Translations under genes and position numbers: made by a program
The notes under the pieces: generated by a model
Told to the model about the DNA's origin: nothing
The model's database searches: none
What the model saw: only the letters and a program-made list of their open reading frames with translations
In this document: positions 61,951 to 64,000 of the stretch, one piece after another
How positions within the stretch are numbered: position 1 is the first letter of the stretch
How the letters are laid out: every line of letters starts with the position of its first letter
IMG/VR virus record: IMGVR_UViG_3300031857_000010
Coordinates: 124,001-188,000 of that record
DNA: 64,000 nucleotides
Strand: one strand, 5' to 3'

Positions 61951-62053
61951 TGTAGTCAGGACAGGATTCGAACCTGTACGCCTTTCATCCTGAATACCGC
62001 GACAATACGCTGAAAGACCTCGGATAGTGCGTCTACCATTCCGCCACCTGACT
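61951..62053 (-). ncRNA. tRNA-like RNA B (same ends as A, unrelated centre)
   Basis: AGTCAGG-TG-GCGGAATGGTAGACGC ... CTTTCA/TGAAAG helix ... ACAGG-TTCGAAT-CCTGT-CCTGACT-ACA. Confidence 0.75.
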
Positions 62054-63593
62054 ATTTTATTTATAATTTTTATTACACCGGGAACATTTTGCTTTAGAAG
62101 ATATTCTGCCGTTTTCAGGAACAGCTCCGAATTCATCTATGTAATCTTGTAATGAAGCAACCCATTTATGCCAGCCAAAAAAACATAATATCTTTTTCAT
62201 TTTTCTTATTTGGTAGAGTTGAAATAATAAAATAGTCCCCAAAGAATCGCAGCGATCAAAACATGCCAAGTCGTTTTGTTGAGCTGTAATTGATTGCGGT
62301 TCATTATTCCAGTGATGGTGTTCGTCACTGCTATAAACGAGATATATAAAGCAAAAATTAACAAAATGCTTGTAAATATTGGCAAGACAAAATGCATCAT
62401 GTTGAATGTTGAGCAATTATTTTCCATAGATTTCGTTATAATATTCTTCATCTGTTAAATATGTAGTAACTCTACCCCTGCAATCTCCAAATGATACTGC
62501 TTCCATTATCTGCTCCTTCTCCATTTCTTTGGCTTTATATTTATATTCAGTAGCTCTAATACCATAGAGTGCTGCCGATATATTGCCTTCAGTAAAATCA
62601 ATTAATAAGTCATTTGTCTTTTCAAATAGCCATTCAACTGCGGTCTGTTTTTTTTCCATAGGTTATTTTTTTAGTTGTTTTTGCATCCATTTAGCACCTC
62701 TGAAGTAAGCATCTATTTCTGCATCACAGCCACTACCATACATTTCTTCCATTGCTAAGATAGATTGGTTGAATAGTTCCTCATCAGTTGGTAGTTCAAT
62801 GGCGGTTACATATTCATCAATATAATTGATAATATGTTTAGCATCTATCATTGATACTTCGCATTTTTCTGCTGCAATTAAAAACATTTCTTTAGTATAT
62901 AGTTTCATAACTTTTCTATTTCTTCTTTTACTTTTATCCAATAGTCATGTTTAGATTCATCAGTATTATTCCTGAATATCTCATCTACTGCTATTAAGGC
63001 ACATTTTTTACCTCCTTCATATCCTATTTCACAAGTTTTATAATTTGCACCCGCATACTCTTGATATTTATAAGTCTGTATGCTCATTTTATCAAGCAAC
63101 TCTTCAGCTTTTTCTTTTGGTGTCATAGCGGTCTGTTTCTTTTCCATACGTTTCGTTGTAGTATTGTTCAAATTCTTCTTTGTGGAACTTCAGTGAATGT
63201 TCTCCATTAACATAATTCTTTTTAATGTAGTCAAACATCTGCTCCTTCTCCATCTGCTTGGCTTGGTCAATTACTTGCATCCATTCACTTGCGGATAATG
63301 CTTTTTGTTTTTGGTCACTTTTAATTTGCTCTGTGAGCCAATTAACTGCGGTTTGTTTGGTTTCCATAGGTTATTTAAATGTTACGTTAATAATGTTTTT
63401 AGTCACTATACTATTACCATCTTTGTAAATGGTATCACCTTTTCCAGTTCTATTGTTCTCTTTCGAAGTTCAATAATTTCGTCTTTTTCCTTTAATTCCG
63501 CTTCCTGTATTTTGACAATATTATTGAGCAAGTCGATAACTTCTTTCTGTAAGTCAAATAACTTTTGGAATTCCTCTTGTTCCATTTAAAATC

Positions 63594-63806
63594 CTATTTT
63601 GTATGATTTTTACAATTTCCCTTATGTGTCAATACCGTTGCATTTCCCCAAGGACCATACAAGTACTCACAACTATCTATGATCACTATCTCGACATGAT
63701 TACCACCTTCTAAAATATATTTTGTTTTTTGAACCGGAACATTAGGTTCACTACACGAAATGAAACAGATCAATAGTAGACTTATTGCAATAAATATTTT
63801 TTTCAT
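63594..63806 (-). CDS. small lipoprotein, paralog of 41588..41806
   Basis: Lipobox ISC, EPNV..., THKGNC vs THAGHC; start taken at MKKIFI (63806). Confidence 0.6.
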   Translation of the reverse strand: MKKIFIAISLLLICFISCSEPNVPVQKTKYILEGGNHVEIVIIDSCEYLYGPWGNATVLTHKGNCKNHTK

Positions 63807-64000
63807 ATTTCTTCTTTTTTGAATATTAATATTGCCAACGAAATAAAAATATGTAAAATCAAAGAAAAAGCTCCGGAAATAATTAAAAGCCACCAAGTTT
63901 TGTAAGGTGTACTTCCGAAGTTTGATAATAAAAAATAAAATAGCCACGCTAAAACAATACTTCTTTTGTGTGAAAGTAAAATTTCCTTGAATAATTTGAA

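Larger units (their letters stand above)
58495..63367 (-). repeat. dispersed paralogous small-ORF families (MTPKEKAE... x3; ME.KQTA... x3)
   Basis: 58495..58767, 61694..61930, 62905..63126 share start and end motifs; 59091..59309, 62417..62659, 63104..63367 share start and end motifs. Confidence 0.8.

Noticed and set aside
61927-62416. ORFs 61927..62136 and the long start of 62057..62416
   Set aside because: The first reads through tRNA-like element B (TGSNPVLT is the T-arm); the second is probably only its short C-terminal MKKILC part
1765-63589. Numerous short antisense ORFs opposite long genes (e.g. 3962, 8814, 11177, 17059, 23011, 53086, 63305)
   Set aside because: Fully nested antisense to better-supported genes, with I/F/S/L-rich composition typical of shadow frames
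1-64000. CRISPR array
   Set aside because: No regularly spaced direct repeats seen; the AATTTCTAC near 20070 resembles a Cas12a handle but is single and lacks the GTAGAT partner
1-64000. Alternative genetic code (stop-codon reassignment)
   Set aside because: Long conserved genes are intact in the standard code, TAG/TGA act as stops (e.g. 22700, 29088), and no suppressor anticodon was found

Overview
Very AT-rich, densely coding 64 kb segment read as part of a large lytic dsDNA (jumbo/huge) phage of a Bacteroidota host. Support for this reading: tail/baseplate-like protein, homing endonucleases, tRNA array, host-like auxiliary genes (infC, purA, clpP, ppsA, DHFR, aminotransferase, OmpA, TonB-dependent receptor, T9SS-cargo-like protein), TAnnTTTG promoters and A-rich SD-less starts. 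Most genes are on the minus strand and read in the standard code. The most striking element is the control region of the ~2.3 kb tRNA array. A Bacteroidota sigma-A-type promoter precedes an unannotated 59-codon leader ORF that uses all 20 amino acids (35 different codons in the first 46), then runs through an 11-nt antiterminator strand that competes with an intrinsic terminator immediately in front of the first tRNA. This looks like a general tRNA-shortage-sensing attenuator. The window also holds several non-canonical tRNA-like RNAs: two with Ile anticodons and the D-loop motif placed after the anticodon arm, three with conserved D/T/acceptor arms but unrelated enlarged centres, and an atypical tRNA-Tyr. 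Other notable items are a ~225 nt structured ncRNA with its own promoter (6S-like candidate), a TBDR/lipoprotein pair with 11-bp phased upstream repeats, a four-copy ECF-type promoter motif, and small paralogous ORF families with conserved termini. All family assignments are by motif recognition only; no database search was run.
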